From assembly GCA_045600305.1 (NCBI GenBank), contig JAZRXQ010000153.1:1-47706 (forward strand): 47,706 bases of DNA, read 5' to 3'. The stretch comes from Lachnospiraceae bacterium. GTDB taxonomy: Bacteria; Bacillota; Clostridia; Lachnospirales; Lachnospiraceae. Position 1 is the first letter of the stretch; every line of letters starts with the position of its first letter. A program made the translations under genes and the position numbers. Below, one piece after another: positions 7,198 to 15,384 of this stretch. The notes under the pieces are model-generated. The model made no database searches. It saw only the letters and a program-made list of their open reading frames with translations, and had not been told where the DNA came from.

Positions 7198-8247
7198 ATG
7201 AAAGAAAAAGCATATTATGAAAAAGTAAATTTAACAAATGAGCTTCGTCTGCGTGAACAGATTGCTTATTTACCATCGTTCTTAAAATCGTATTTTATCG
7301 GTATTGAGCAGACAAATGCATCCAGAACAAGACTGTCATATGCATATGACCTGGGGATATTCTTTGAATATATCAAGGACACTAATCCTATATATGCAAA
7401 AAAAGAGATTCACGACTATCCTTTGGAGCTACTTGATGATATTACTCCTACTGATATCGAAGAATTTTTGTCATACCTTAAATACTATGAGAAAAACGGC
7501 GTAGAGCACACTAATGACGAAAAGGGTATCGCCAGAAAACTTGCTGCAGTAAGAAGTATGTATAATTACTTCTTCAAAAAACAGTTTATAAAGACTAACC
7601 CACCTGCACTTATTGCCACCCCTAAGATTCACGAAAAAGAGATTATAAGACTTGATGTGGATGAGGTTGCACTTCTATTAGATCAGGTTGAGTCAGGAGA
7701 AGCTCTTACAGACAGACAAAAGAAATTCCACGAACAGACCAAGACTAGAGATCTTGCCATGATGACTCTTCTTCTTGGAACCGGAATTCGAGTAAGCGAG
7801 TGTGTGGGGCTTGATATCAATGATGTTGATTTTAAGAATAATGGTATAAAGATTCACCGAAAAGGTGGTAAAGAGGTAACAGTTTACTTTGGAGATGAGG
7901 TATGCGACGCACTTCTTAACTACCTCGATGAACGTGAAGAAATAGAACCCGTAGAAGGTCATGGTAACGCACTGTTTCTCTCTATGCAAAAAAAACGTAT
8001 CAATGTACGTTCCGTTGAAAACCTTGTAAAAAAATACGCCAAGCTTGTGACAACAGTTAAAAATATTACACCACACAAGCTTCGTTCAACCTATGGTACA
8101 ACACTCTATCAAGAGACTGGTGATATTTATCTGGTAGCTGACGTTTTAGGTCACCAGGACGTAAATACCACTAGAAAACACTACGCAGCCCAGGCAGACG
8201 AGAGACGACGAATGGCTGGAAAGGTTGTAAAGCTTCGTGACAATTAA
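7198..8247 (+). CDS. Tyrosine site-specific recombinase, XerC/XerD-like
   Basis: C-terminal catalytic signature HKLRSTYGT...LGHQDVNTTRKHY and an N-terminal SAM-like core-binding domain. It is the only plus-strand gene in the window. Confidence 0.8.
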   Translation: MKEKAYYEKVNLTNELRLREQIAYLPSFLKSYFIGIEQTNASRTRLSYAYDLGIFFEYIKDTNPIYAKKEIHDYPLELLDDITPTDIEEFLSYLKYYEKNGVEHTNDEKGIARKLAAVRSMYNYFFKKQFIKTNPPALIATPKIHEKEIIRLDVDEVALLLDQVESGEALTDRQKKFHEQTKTRDLAMMTLLLGTGIRVSECVGLDINDVDFKNNGIKIHRKGGKEVTVYFGDEVCDALLNYLDEREEIEPVEGHGNALFLSMQKKRINVRSVENLVKKYAKLVTTVKNITPHKLRSTYGTTLYQETGDIYLVADVLGHQDVNTTRKHYAAQADERRRMAGKVVKLRDN

Positions 8248-8267
8248 TATATTTTATAATTTAAAGC

Positions 8268-8298
8268 AAAAAAAGAGCCATATCGTTTGATATGGCTC
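8268..8298 (-). terminator. Rho-independent terminator of tsf, possibly bidirectional for the convergent recombinase gene
   Basis: GAGCCATATC-nnnn-GATATGGCTC perfect 10-bp hairpin at 8275-8298. On the minus strand it is followed by seven U (the A-run at 8268-8274). Confidence 0.8.
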
Positions 8299-8316
8299 TC
8301 AGTGTATTTAGAATAA

Positions 8317-9408
8317 TTATCCGAGCTGTGCAGCAACCTCTGCAGCGAAGTCCTCGTTTTTCTTCTCCATTCCTTCACCAACTTCGAAACGGATGAACTT
8401 AGCAACCTTAAGCTCCTTAGAAACTGTAGCAAGGTAAGCTGCTACTGTCTGCTTTCCATCCTCAGCCTTTACATAAGTCTGATCATAGAGTGAAAGCTCC
8501 TTGAACTTCTTAGATACACGTCCCTCAACAGCACCTGTGAACATCTTCTCAGCTACGATCTCAGACTTAGCTTCCATAGCAAGTGCAGCAAGCTTAGCCT
8601 TTGCATCATCTGAAAGGAAGTTGAAGAGGAACTGCATGTTGCTCTTCTTCTCATTGTAGATTGCGATATCTGCATCTGACCATACCTTGTCATTAACAGC
8701 CTTATCAAGAAGCTTCTGAAGGATGGGCTTAGGAAGTGATGCGGGATCATTGAGTGAAGAATCGATTGTAATCTCTCTCTCCTTGTCAACTTCCTCAGCA
8801 GAGATATCATCCTTGCATACATATGAAGGGTTCATAGCTGCAACCTGCATAGCGATGTTTGAAAGAGCCTCTTTAACGTCATCTCCATCACCAGCACCAT
8901 TACCAGCTACAAGAACACCAATCTTTCCACCACCGTGGATATATGATACTACGCAATCTCCCTCAACCTTAGCAAATCTACGGAATGAAAGCTTCTCTCC
9001 GATTGTAGCGGTCTTCTCAACGATAATATCATTAACTGTCTTAGATGAATCATCTAACCAAGCCTCGTTCATCATGCCCTCAGCATCTGCAGCTGAAGTT
9101 GCAAGTGCCTGCTTAGCAATACCCTCAACGAATGTCTGAAATGTCTCATTCTTAGCAACGAAGTCTGTCTCAGAGTTAACCTCTACTACAACACCCTTCT
9201 TGTTGCCATCTAATGCTACTCTACAGATACCCTCAGCAGCGATACGGCTTGCCTTCTTAACAGCCTTAGCAGCACCACTCTTTCTAAGAGCCTCCATAGC
9301 TGCATCCATATCTCCATCGCACTCTGTAAGTGCCTTCTTACAATCCATCATACCAGCACCGCTCATCTCGCGAAGCTCTTTTACCATACCAGCTGTAATA
9401 TTAGCCAT
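8317..9408 (-). CDS. tsf: Translation elongation factor Ts
   Basis: MVKELREMSGAGMMDCKKALTECDGDMDAAMEALRKSG, VNSETDFVAKNE and C-terminal FEVGEGMEKK. At 363 aa it is longer than the ~290-300 aa I expect (see findings). Confidence 0.93.
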   Translation of the reverse strand: MANITAGMVKELREMSGAGMMDCKKALTECDGDMDAAMEALRKSGAAKAVKKASRIAAEGICRVALDGNKKGVVVEVNSETDFVAKNETFQTFVEGIAKQALATSAADAEGMMNEAWLDDSSKTVNDIIVEKTATIGEKLSFRRFAKVEGDCVVSYIHGGGKIGVLVAGNGAGDGDDVKEALSNIAMQVAAMNPSYVCKDDISAEEVDKEREITIDSSLNDPASLPKPILQKLLDKAVNDKVWSDADIAIYNEKKSNMQFLFNFLSDDAKAKLAALAMEAKSEIVAEKMFTGAVEGRVSKKFKELSLYDQTYVKAEDGKQTVAAYLATVSKELKVAKFIRFEVGEGMEKKNEDFAAEVAAQLG

Positions 9409-9439
9409 CTTTATACTCTCCTTTTATTAATAATTCAAT

Positions 9440-9465
9440 GTAGGCCGCGAATAGTCGCGACCTAC
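9440..9465 (-). promoter_or_regulatory. Intercistronic stem-loop between rpsB and tsf
   Basis: GTAGG-n-CGCGA-loop-TCGCG-n-CCTAC: 10 bp with one internal mismatch, in the 77-nt rpsB-tsf spacer. No clean U-tract follows. Confidence 0.45.
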
Positions 9466-9485
9466 GAATATAAGTCAATTATAAA

Positions 9486-10232
9486 TTACTCTGCATCAGC
9501 AGCTGCGCTCTCCTCAGCGATTGCAGCCATCTCAGCTGTCTCGCCAGTCTCACCCTGCTTTGCCTCGATAACAGCATCAGCCATCTTAGAAACGATAAGC
9601 TTAACCGCACGGATAGCATCATCGTTACCAGGGATAACGTAATCAAGCTCCTCAGGATCACAGTTAGTATCACAGATACCTACAAGTGTAATTCCAAGTG
9701 CGTGTGCCTCCTGGATGCAAAGGTGCTCCTTCTTGGGATCTACAACGAAAATTGCATCGGGAATTCGCTTCATCTCCTTGATACCACCAAGGTTCTCCTG
9801 AAGCTTCTCAAGCTCCTTCTTGAGGATAATAACTTCCTTCTTGGGAAGTACATCAAATGTTCCGTCAGCCTCCATCTTCTCGATGTCCTTGAGTCTCTTA
9901 ATACGAGTCTGGATAGTCTTGAAGTTAGTAAGCATACCACCTAACCATCTCTCGTTAACGTAGTACATGCCACATCTAGCTGCCTCTGTTGCGATTGCAT
10001 CCTGAGCCTGCTTCTTGGTTCCTACGAAAAGGATGTTACCACCCTGAGCTGCGATATCAGCGATTGCATCATATGCCTCATCAACCATTCCTACTGACTT
10101 CTGAAGGTCGATAATGTGGATACCATTACGCTCTGTGTAGATGTAGGGAGCCATCTTAGGGTTCCATCTACGTGTCTGATGTCCAAAGTGAACACCTGCC
10201 TCAAGTAACTGCTTCATTAAAATTACGCTCAT
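9486..10232 (-). CDS. rpsB: 30S ribosomal protein S2
   Basis: [27 protein letters not shown] is the canonical S2 N-terminus. GGAGGAAAAG RBS lies ahead of ATG 10230-10232. The track ORF extension to 10310 is leader sequence. Confidence 0.93.
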   Translation of the reverse strand: MSVILMKQLLEAGVHFGHQTRRWNPKMAPYIYTERNGIHIIDLQKSVGMVDEAYDAIADIAAQGGNILFVGTKKQAQDAIATEAARCGMYYVNERWLGGMLTNFKTIQTRIKRLKDIEKMEADGTFDVLPKKEVIILKKELEKLQENLGGIKEMKRIPDAIFVVDPKKEHLCIQEAHALGITLVGICDTNCDPEELDYVIPGNDDAIRAVKLIVSKMADAVIEAKQGETGETAEMAAIAEESAAADAE

Positions 10233-10260
10233 TTTCTTTTCCTCCATTTGGTTAATCTTC

Positions 10261-10320
10261 CATAGGTGTGGTAAAGCTCCTCTACTCATAATGAGCACCA
10301 AAGGGCCCAATTCACCTATG
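10261..10320 (-). promoter_or_regulatory. Structured 5' leader of rpsB
   Basis: 8-bp helix CATAGGTG 10261-10268 / CACCTATG 10313-10320 encloses nested TGGT/ACCA and GCTC/GAGC pairs. It lies between the predicted promoter and the RBS. Confidence 0.4.
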
Positions 10321-10340
10321 TGTTTTTTGCGTACTTTGAT

Positions 10341-10369
10341 AAATTATCACAGAATAATCTGTATTGCAA
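10341..10369 (-). promoter_or_regulatory. Sigma-A-type promoter of rpsB-tsf
   Basis: Minus strand: TTGCAA (10369-10364), 17-nt spacer ending in TGa (extended -10), TAATTT (10346-10341). Confidence 0.45.
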
Positions 10370-10376
10370 GTATTTT

Positions 10377-11108
10377 TTACTTTTCTGTAAGTATTTTTGC
10401 TATATTTTTATAGGTTTCTCCTATATTAATAACAACTCTTCCTACTTTTATTCTGTCTGCATAGCCTCCATTTTTCATAAATTTGTTAAAATCTTCAGCA
10501 TCGCCGACAATTCCAGCCGCCTGCAGCTTCTCAGATACAATTCTTGATGAATCACCTTTAATGACATTTACAGAAGCTTCTTTACCATTAGGCTTAATAC
10601 TATTTGTTGTTCCATCTAGTATAGGAGTTTGCTCCTCGTTAGTGTTGGCAGCATCTATTTTGCTATTATCCTCGTCCGATTTTTCATCATTATTCACTTC
10701 ATTTTTCGGATTATTTTCTTCTTTATTTTCAGGTTTATCGTCGTTAGTTTTATTGCCTTCAGTTTTATTTTCTTCGGTTTTGTTATCTTTGGTTACTGTG
10801 TCATCTTTATTACTCTTATCTTCTTCGTTTACTTTTTCATCTTGTTTTTCATCAGAATCTGTTTTTTCGTCGCTATCATTGTTATCAGTAATCTGCAGCT
10901 CTTTATCCTTGCCAAAGGTTTCACTAAGCTTGCCAGAAGTAGTATCCTCGTCCTTTGACTCTGCCATCACCATTCCCAGAGCCTTAGCCCTTGCAACTAC
11001 TTCTTCATCTGATATATTTTTTCCTGTTGTATTAAATACAATTAAGAGTATTAAGGTGGTAATCACTATTCCGACACCCAAACCTCTAAGATAATATTTT
11101 ATCTTCAT
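10377..11108 (-). CDS. Membrane-anchored protein with a long D/E/K/N-rich linker and a small C-terminal domain reminiscent of the MltG/YceG N-terminal module
   Basis: N-terminal TM helix (LGVGIVITTLILLIVF) and a low-complexity stretch (NKTEENKTEGNKTNDDKPENKEENN). The C-terminus VNVIKGDSSRIVSEKLQAAGIVGDAEDFNKFM resembles the V-I-P-E-G...L...G-V-I pattern of MltG. Confidence 0.5.
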   Translation of the reverse strand: MKIKYYLRGLGVGIVITTLILLIVFNTTGKNISDEEVVARAKALGMVMAESKDEDTTSGKLSETFGKDKELQITDNNDSDEKTDSDEKQDEKVNEEDKSNKDDTVTKDNKTEENKTEGNKTNDDKPENKEENNPKNEVNNDEKSDEDNSKIDAANTNEEQTPILDGTTNSIKPNGKEASVNVIKGDSSRIVSEKLQAAGIVGDAEDFNKFMKNGGYADRIKVGRVVINIGETYKNIAKILTEK

Positions 11109-11112
11109 TATT

Positions 11113-11814
11113 TTAATTTTCCTTGTATAACTTAATTATCAAATCAACTTCACCAACACCCAGCTTCATCTGTCTTGCTATCTCTACAACTGGCATTCCT
11201 TGAATATATAAATTATGGATTTCTCTTCGCTTATCAAGGTCTGCTGTCCTTAAGGAAAAGTCCTCTCCCATTGGATTTGAAAGCACTTTTTCCTCAACAT
11301 GAACTACCTGCGCAGTTATTCCTTCCTCAAAAAGCTCCTCCTTGATAGGTGTAGCTTCGTCAACCTCTTTCTTAGTCTTTTCTATAAATTCAGGAATATC
11401 TTCTTCTATTTCTTTGTACTGTTCCATTAACGCAGAAAGCTTTTCTATACTTGCATTAATCTCATCTGCTTTATCAGCAAGCATTGAATATAGCATAGTT
11501 GCCTCTTTATTGGCTTTTGACAGCTCCTCATTGGTTGCATTAGAGTATTCTCCGATTGCCATCAGCTTTTCTGTAGTTTCCTTCTCAAGATCCCTCTTTA
11601 TCTTTGAAATTGACAAATCAACCGTATCATCAACAATATCTGAAATCTTTGCCTTTGCCTCTGCAAGCTCCGAATCCATAATTATTTTAAGCTCGCTCTC
11701 CGACATCTCTGCAACTTTTTTTACATCAGAAGAAGAAAGCTTCTCTGCTACAAAGAAGCTTCCTACAAAAAATATTATTCCTATTACGATAAGTACTATT
11801 TCAACTATTGCCAT
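11113..11814 (-). CDS. Membrane-anchored coiled-coil protein with a short C-terminal helix-turn-helix-like tail; unknown function, in the syntenic position of B. subtilis swrB
   Basis: N-terminal TM helix (IVLIVIGIIFFVGSFFV), a long E/K-rich helical region, and the tail REIHNLYIQGMPVVEIARQMKLGVGEVDLIIKLY. Confidence 0.5.
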   Translation of the reverse strand: MAIVEIVLIVIGIIFFVGSFFVAEKLSSSDVKKVAEMSESELKIIMDSELAEAKAKISDIVDDTVDLSISKIKRDLEKETTEKLMAIGEYSNATNEELSKANKEATMLYSMLADKADEINASIEKLSALMEQYKEIEEDIPEFIEKTKKEVDEATPIKEELFEEGITAQVVHVEEKVLSNPMGEDFSLRTADLDKRREIHNLYIQGMPVVEIARQMKLGVGEVDLIIKLYKEN

Positions 11815-11822
11815 TTTTCTAC

Positions 11823-12140
11823 CTAAATTGTAATGTTAAATCCATTGCCAGAACCCTTTATACGAACAGAACCATCTGGCATTTTTGCTTTTCCATCCTT
11901 CTTTTTTACACTGCCATTTTTATTAGCATATCTCTTGCCATCACCACCTGCAAAAGAATATGCGCCTCCATCAGCATCCTCTTTATTTTGAACTGACTGA
12001 GCAGTGTGTTCAGCCTCTTTATTAGTCGCAATCGACCCCTGATTCACCATCATAGCACCTTTTGTATCATCACTTTGTGCCTGCTGGGAAGGGGCATGCG
12101 TATTTTGAATCATAGCAATTTCGATAGGCTTAATCGACAT
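11823..12140 (-). CDS. Hypothetical 105-aa soluble protein in the motility neighbourhood
   Basis: Strong AGGAG RBS 6 nt ahead of ATG 12140. Tight spacing to neighbours. Gly/Lys-rich with no motif I recognise. Confidence 0.45.
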   Translation of the reverse strand: MSIKPIEIAMIQNTHAPSQQAQSDDTKGAMMVNQGSIATNKEAEHTAQSVQNKEDADGGAYSFAGGDGKRYANKNGSVKKKDGKAKMPDGSVRIKGSGNGFNITI

Positions 12141-12149
12141 ATTCTCTCC

Positions 12150-13691
12150 TTATAAGCCAAAGCAGTAAAGCTCACCCTTTTCTTTAACAAAATAAACTGC
12201 TTTTTTTATATCCTCAACATGATTAATCATACCATCAATCTCTATTGTAGTTCCAGGATAAACCTCTTTATTGACAGTAATCTTACAAAAGCTAGCATTT
12301 TGCAGCTGTCTCACCAATCTGTCATGCTCAAGCTTAATTCTCTCAAAGGCTTCCTTGTGTAGCTTAAGAGAAGCTGCAGCTTGGGTAAACTTTGGCATTT
12401 GTACAGCGGGAATTGTGCCTCCCTTTTTTAATATATTCTGTAATTGTGCAACTACAGGAACAGCTTCATCCATGCCTGCTTTATGCTCATCAAGCGAAGC
12501 CTTAAGCTCAGCAATCTGCGCCTTAAGCTCATTGGCAACTCCAACAGATACGCTTGTATTAGCACCTAATTCCGAACCAATTGTATTACATATTACGTAT
12601 CTATCACAATGAATCTCTCCACCTGTAATAAATCCCTTAGCACCTAGTACCTTTACTTCACGCTTGGCGACAACCTTAGAATGCATAATGCAATCTGTCT
12701 CAATTGATTCTCCCGCATCTACATCTGCACCTTCTATAAATTTACAATATATATTGCCGCCTGCTCGTAGAATCGCATTACCGCCGCCTTGTATACCACG
12801 TCTTACAATAATATTGCCACCAGCTGTTACGACCGCACCTTCAACAACACCGTTTATTACACAATCGCCGCCTACCTCTACGGAATAACCTGTTCTAACC
12901 GTTCCTGGAATCTCAACATTTCCATCGAAATGAATATTACCCGTAGACGCATCCACATCATTTTTAATATCTAAAACCTCTGAAAGTGAAACTCTTGTTC
13001 CAAGTAAATCAAGTGCCCCAGCTACATCAGCTATTAAGGTCTCTCCACTCTCAGAAACATGCATGCCAGAGCCAAACTCAAATCTCGCTGGTTTAACAGC
13101 TGTGGCTTGCATTTTCTCACCAAATACATTAAATCCGTCCTTGCCAGGTACAGGTGCTTCAAGCTCAGCAACCTTATCCCCTACAGCTACATAACTGATT
13201 GTATTAAGCTCCTTAAAATCTACAGAGCCGTCTTCATTGTATTTAGGCTTAAAATCTTTTTTTGTATTAAAGCAGTATTTTATAACACCGTCCTTACCTC
13301 TATAAGGCATTGTACCAACTGCAACCTGATAGCTCATGCAATACTGTCTATCAGCAAAAAACTCTCTAATTACCTCAGGCTTAATTCCCTGTTTTACCTT
13401 TGCAAGCTTAAGAGACGCAATAACCTCCTCCTCTGTCATTAGTGAGCCACCACTAGAAGGTGGGTAAAACCTAATAATAGCTCTCATCTTATCCAAGGTA
13501 ACTTCTACATCACAGAGTTCATTTACAGCATGCTCTAACGATTTACCAACTCTTGCTTCGCCGTCTCCTTGCCCAATAAGAGCCTCTAACGCCTTTACGT
13601 CTAAATCTACCAATCTATATCTCGATAGATATTCATAAAGCTCCTTCGCGGATACCCGCTCTCCCCCAGGTGCTGGCGACATAATCCTCAC
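12150..13691 (-). CDS. FapA/DUF342 family protein (flagellar assembly protein A-like)
   Basis: Beta-helix repeats (GNIHFDGNVEIPGTVRTGYSVEVGGDCVINGVVEGAVVTAGGNIIVRRGIQGG...GGNIYCKFIEGADVDAGESI) plus a C-terminal coiled coil, as in DUF342. The start is either GTG 13691 or ATG 13682. Confidence 0.75.
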   Translation of the reverse strand: MRIMSPAPGGERVSAKELYEYLSRYRLVDLDVKALEALIGQGDGEARVGKSLEHAVNELCDVEVTLDKMRAIIRFYPPSSGGSLMTEEEVIASLKLAKVKQGIKPEVIREFFADRQYCMSYQVAVGTMPYRGKDGVIKYCFNTKKDFKPKYNEDGSVDFKELNTISYVAVGDKVAELEAPVPGKDGFNVFGEKMQATAVKPARFEFGSGMHVSESGETLIADVAGALDLLGTRVSLSEVLDIKNDVDASTGNIHFDGNVEIPGTVRTGYSVEVGGDCVINGVVEGAVVTAGGNIIVRRGIQGGGNAILRAGGNIYCKFIEGADVDAGESIETDCIMHSKVVAKREVKVLGAKGFITGGEIHCDRYVICNTIGSELGANTSVSVGVANELKAQIAELKASLDEHKAGMDEAVPVVAQLQNILKKGGTIPAVQMPKFTQAAASLKLHKEAFERIKLEHDRLVRQLQNASFCKITVNKEVYPGTTIEIDGMINHVEDIKKAVYFVKEKGELYCFGL

Positions 13692-13763
13692 ATATGTACC
13701 ATCATTTCTTATAACAAGCTAAAAAAAACCATTTTTATTCATATACTCTACCCCAATTTGAGC

Positions 13764-13789
13764 AAAAAAGGCATAGATAACTATGCCTT
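13764..13789 (-). terminator. Rho-independent terminator overlapping the fliA stop codon
   Basis: Minus strand: AAGGCATAG-uuau-CUAUGCCUU followed by UUUUGC. The 9-bp perfect stem has the stop codon TAG inside its 5' arm. Confidence 0.7.
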
Positions 13790-14545
13790 AATAAGAATAC
13801 CTAAATAATCACCAAGTACTTTTCTCATCTTTTCAATTGCCTTGGTGTGAAGCTGCGAAACCCTGGATTCAGAAACCTCTAGTACAGCAGCTATCTCCTT
13901 GAGTGCTAACTCCTCGTAATAATACATCATTATTACCTTGTTCTCTTTTTCTGTCAGCATACCAAGTGCTTCCGTGAGTTTTTCTTTTAACTCTTTTTCT
14001 TCTAGCGCAGCCTCTGGCTGTGAAAAGTGTGAATTACTTCTCGCATCCATAACTGGCTCTTGACCTGCCTCAACATATTCATCAAGAGATATAACGTTAG
14101 TCGACTGCAATTGTCCGCGCCATTTAAGTAATTCCTCATCAGAAATACCAAGCTCAACAGCAATTTCTGCATCTGTCGCAGGCTTACCTGTACGTTCCTC
14201 AACCTTTTTAGTTGCGTCCTCTAAGCTTCTCTGACGTTGCCTGATAGTTCTGGGAATCCAGTCCATCTTACGAATCTGGTCTAATATCGCACCCCTGATT
14301 CTAAGTGAAGCATAGGTCTCAAACTTGACCTCTTTGGTTAAATCAAACTTATCGACAGCATCAATAAGTCCCATAACTCCATATGAGCATAAATCCTCAT
14401 ATTCAACGTGGTATCCCAAATGCATATTAAGTCTACCAGCAACAATTTTTACAAGTGGAGCATATTCAATTATAATCTGTTCTCTAATTTCAGATGTGGG
14501 CTTTTTTGAATATAGCTCCCACAGCTTTTCTTTTGAGTACTTCAT
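13781..14545 (-). CDS. fliA: Flagellar sigma factor sigma-28 (FliA/SigD)
   Basis: 254 aa with sigma-70 regions 2-4 (YAPLVKIVAGRL, DLCSYGVMGLIDAVDKFD, LALKEIAAVLEVSESRVSQLHTKA). It lies at the end of the che genes, as in Bacillus and Clostridia. Confidence 0.9.
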   Translation of the reverse strand: MKYSKEKLWELYSKKPTSEIREQIIIEYAPLVKIVAGRLNMHLGYHVEYEDLCSYGVMGLIDAVDKFDLTKEVKFETYASLRIRGAILDQIRKMDWIPRTIRQRQRSLEDATKKVEERTGKPATDAEIAVELGISDEELLKWRGQLQSTNVISLDEYVEAGQEPVMDARSNSHFSQPEAALEEKELKEKLTEALGMLTEKENKVIMMYYYEELALKEIAAVLEVSESRVSQLHTKAIEKMRKVLGDYLGILIKA

Positions 14546-14554
14546 TATAAGCTA

Positions 14555-14869
14555 TTATTCCCCATCAGGTCCATCAAACATATCCATGTCGCGATCAAAA
14601 TCAACAATATCCTCATCATAAAAAGTATCATCAATTAAATCTGCATCCATATCAACATCCTCATCCATATCCCCGAGAGGATTAGATAGAGCCTGATATA
14701 CCTTATCCAATACTATTTTTACAATTACACCAAAAATATAAAATGCAACTAGTACAATTAAAACTGATAATGCAAACGGCTGAAAATCCGTATGCTTCAC
14801 AAGATTAATTATGCAAGTTACTAATCCTGCAGTCAATGATATTATTGCAGGAACCGGCTTTGTATTCAT
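14555..14869 (-). CDS. Small two-TM membrane protein with a highly acidic C-terminal tail, unknown function
   Basis: 104-aa ORF with a GAGG RBS, packed between cheD and fliA. The tail is DMDEDVDMDADLIDDTFYDEDIVDFDRDMDMFDGPDGE. Confidence 0.55.
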   Translation of the reverse strand: MNTKPVPAIISLTAGLVTCIINLVKHTDFQPFALSVLIVLVAFYIFGVIVKIVLDKVYQALSNPLGDMDEDVDMDADLIDDTFYDEDIVDFDRDMDMFDGPDGE

Positions 14870-14882
14870 ACTTACCTCTATA

Positions 14883-15368
14883 CTAAATAGTCTTTTGAGG
14901 TTTACCGACTGACTTTATAATATATTCGCCTGTAGAACAATCAAGCTCAACAGTTCGTCCATAATTTAGTCCAGTGTCTTCAGCTTTAAGAGGTATACGA
15001 AGCTTTGCCAATACATCTCTTGACGCAGCCGCATTATTATCACCAACATTGCTGATAGAGGTACCACCAGCAACCTCAAACATCTTGGCCCCTCCGGCAA
15101 TTTTTGCCACAAGCCTTGTCTTATTAGCACCTGCCTTGACCATCTGATCAACTAATTCGTTGATTCCTGTGTCGGCAAATTTTGCTATATTAGTATTATT
15201 TTTAATCTTGGTTGAATCAGGCAACATGATATGCGCCAATCCACCTATTTTTGTGGTAGAATCGTACAACGCAATTCCTATACAAGACCCCAAACCTATA
15301 GTAGTAAGTATATCAGGGGCTTTTGCAACTTTTAGATCTGCCATTCCAACTTTAATAACAGTTCCCAT
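14883..15368 (-). CDS. cheD: Chemoreceptor glutamine deamidase CheD
   Basis: IKVGMADLKVAKAPDILTTIGLGSCIGIALYD and LAHIMLP motifs. Confidence 0.9.
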   Translation of the reverse strand: MGTVIKVGMADLKVAKAPDILTTIGLGSCIGIALYDSTTKIGGLAHIMLPDSTKIKNNTNIAKFADTGINELVDQMVKAGANKTRLVAKIAGGAKMFEVAGGTSISNVGDNNAAASRDVLAKLRIPLKAEDTGLNYGRTVELDCSTGEYIIKSVGKPQKTI

Positions 15369-15384
15369 ATAAGCCTACTCCCTA

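Noticed and set aside
7198-8247. Tyrosine recombinase as a marker of an integrated phage or ICE
   Set aside because: The flanking genes are housekeeping (scpAB, metallophosphoesterase, tsf/rpsB). No att-like repeats, excisionase, phage or conjugation genes are present. It fits a chromosomal Xer-type recombinase. It is also not adjacent to the repeat-bracketed module at 125-3850.
10233-10310. N-terminal extension of rpsB ([26 protein letters not shown]) in the track ORF
   Set aside because: The canonical S2 N-terminus starts at [18 protein letters not shown] with a perfect GGAGG RBS. The extension covers the RBS and leader hairpin.
10483-11094. Long antisense ORFs opposite real genes (e.g. 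10483-11094+, 11342-11833+, 18699-19310+, 29905-30366+, 32326-32907+, 17681-17944+, 8723-9139+)
   Set aside because: They are Ser/Leu/Ile-rich shadow frames of well-supported minus-strand genes. They have no RBS and no recognisable domains.
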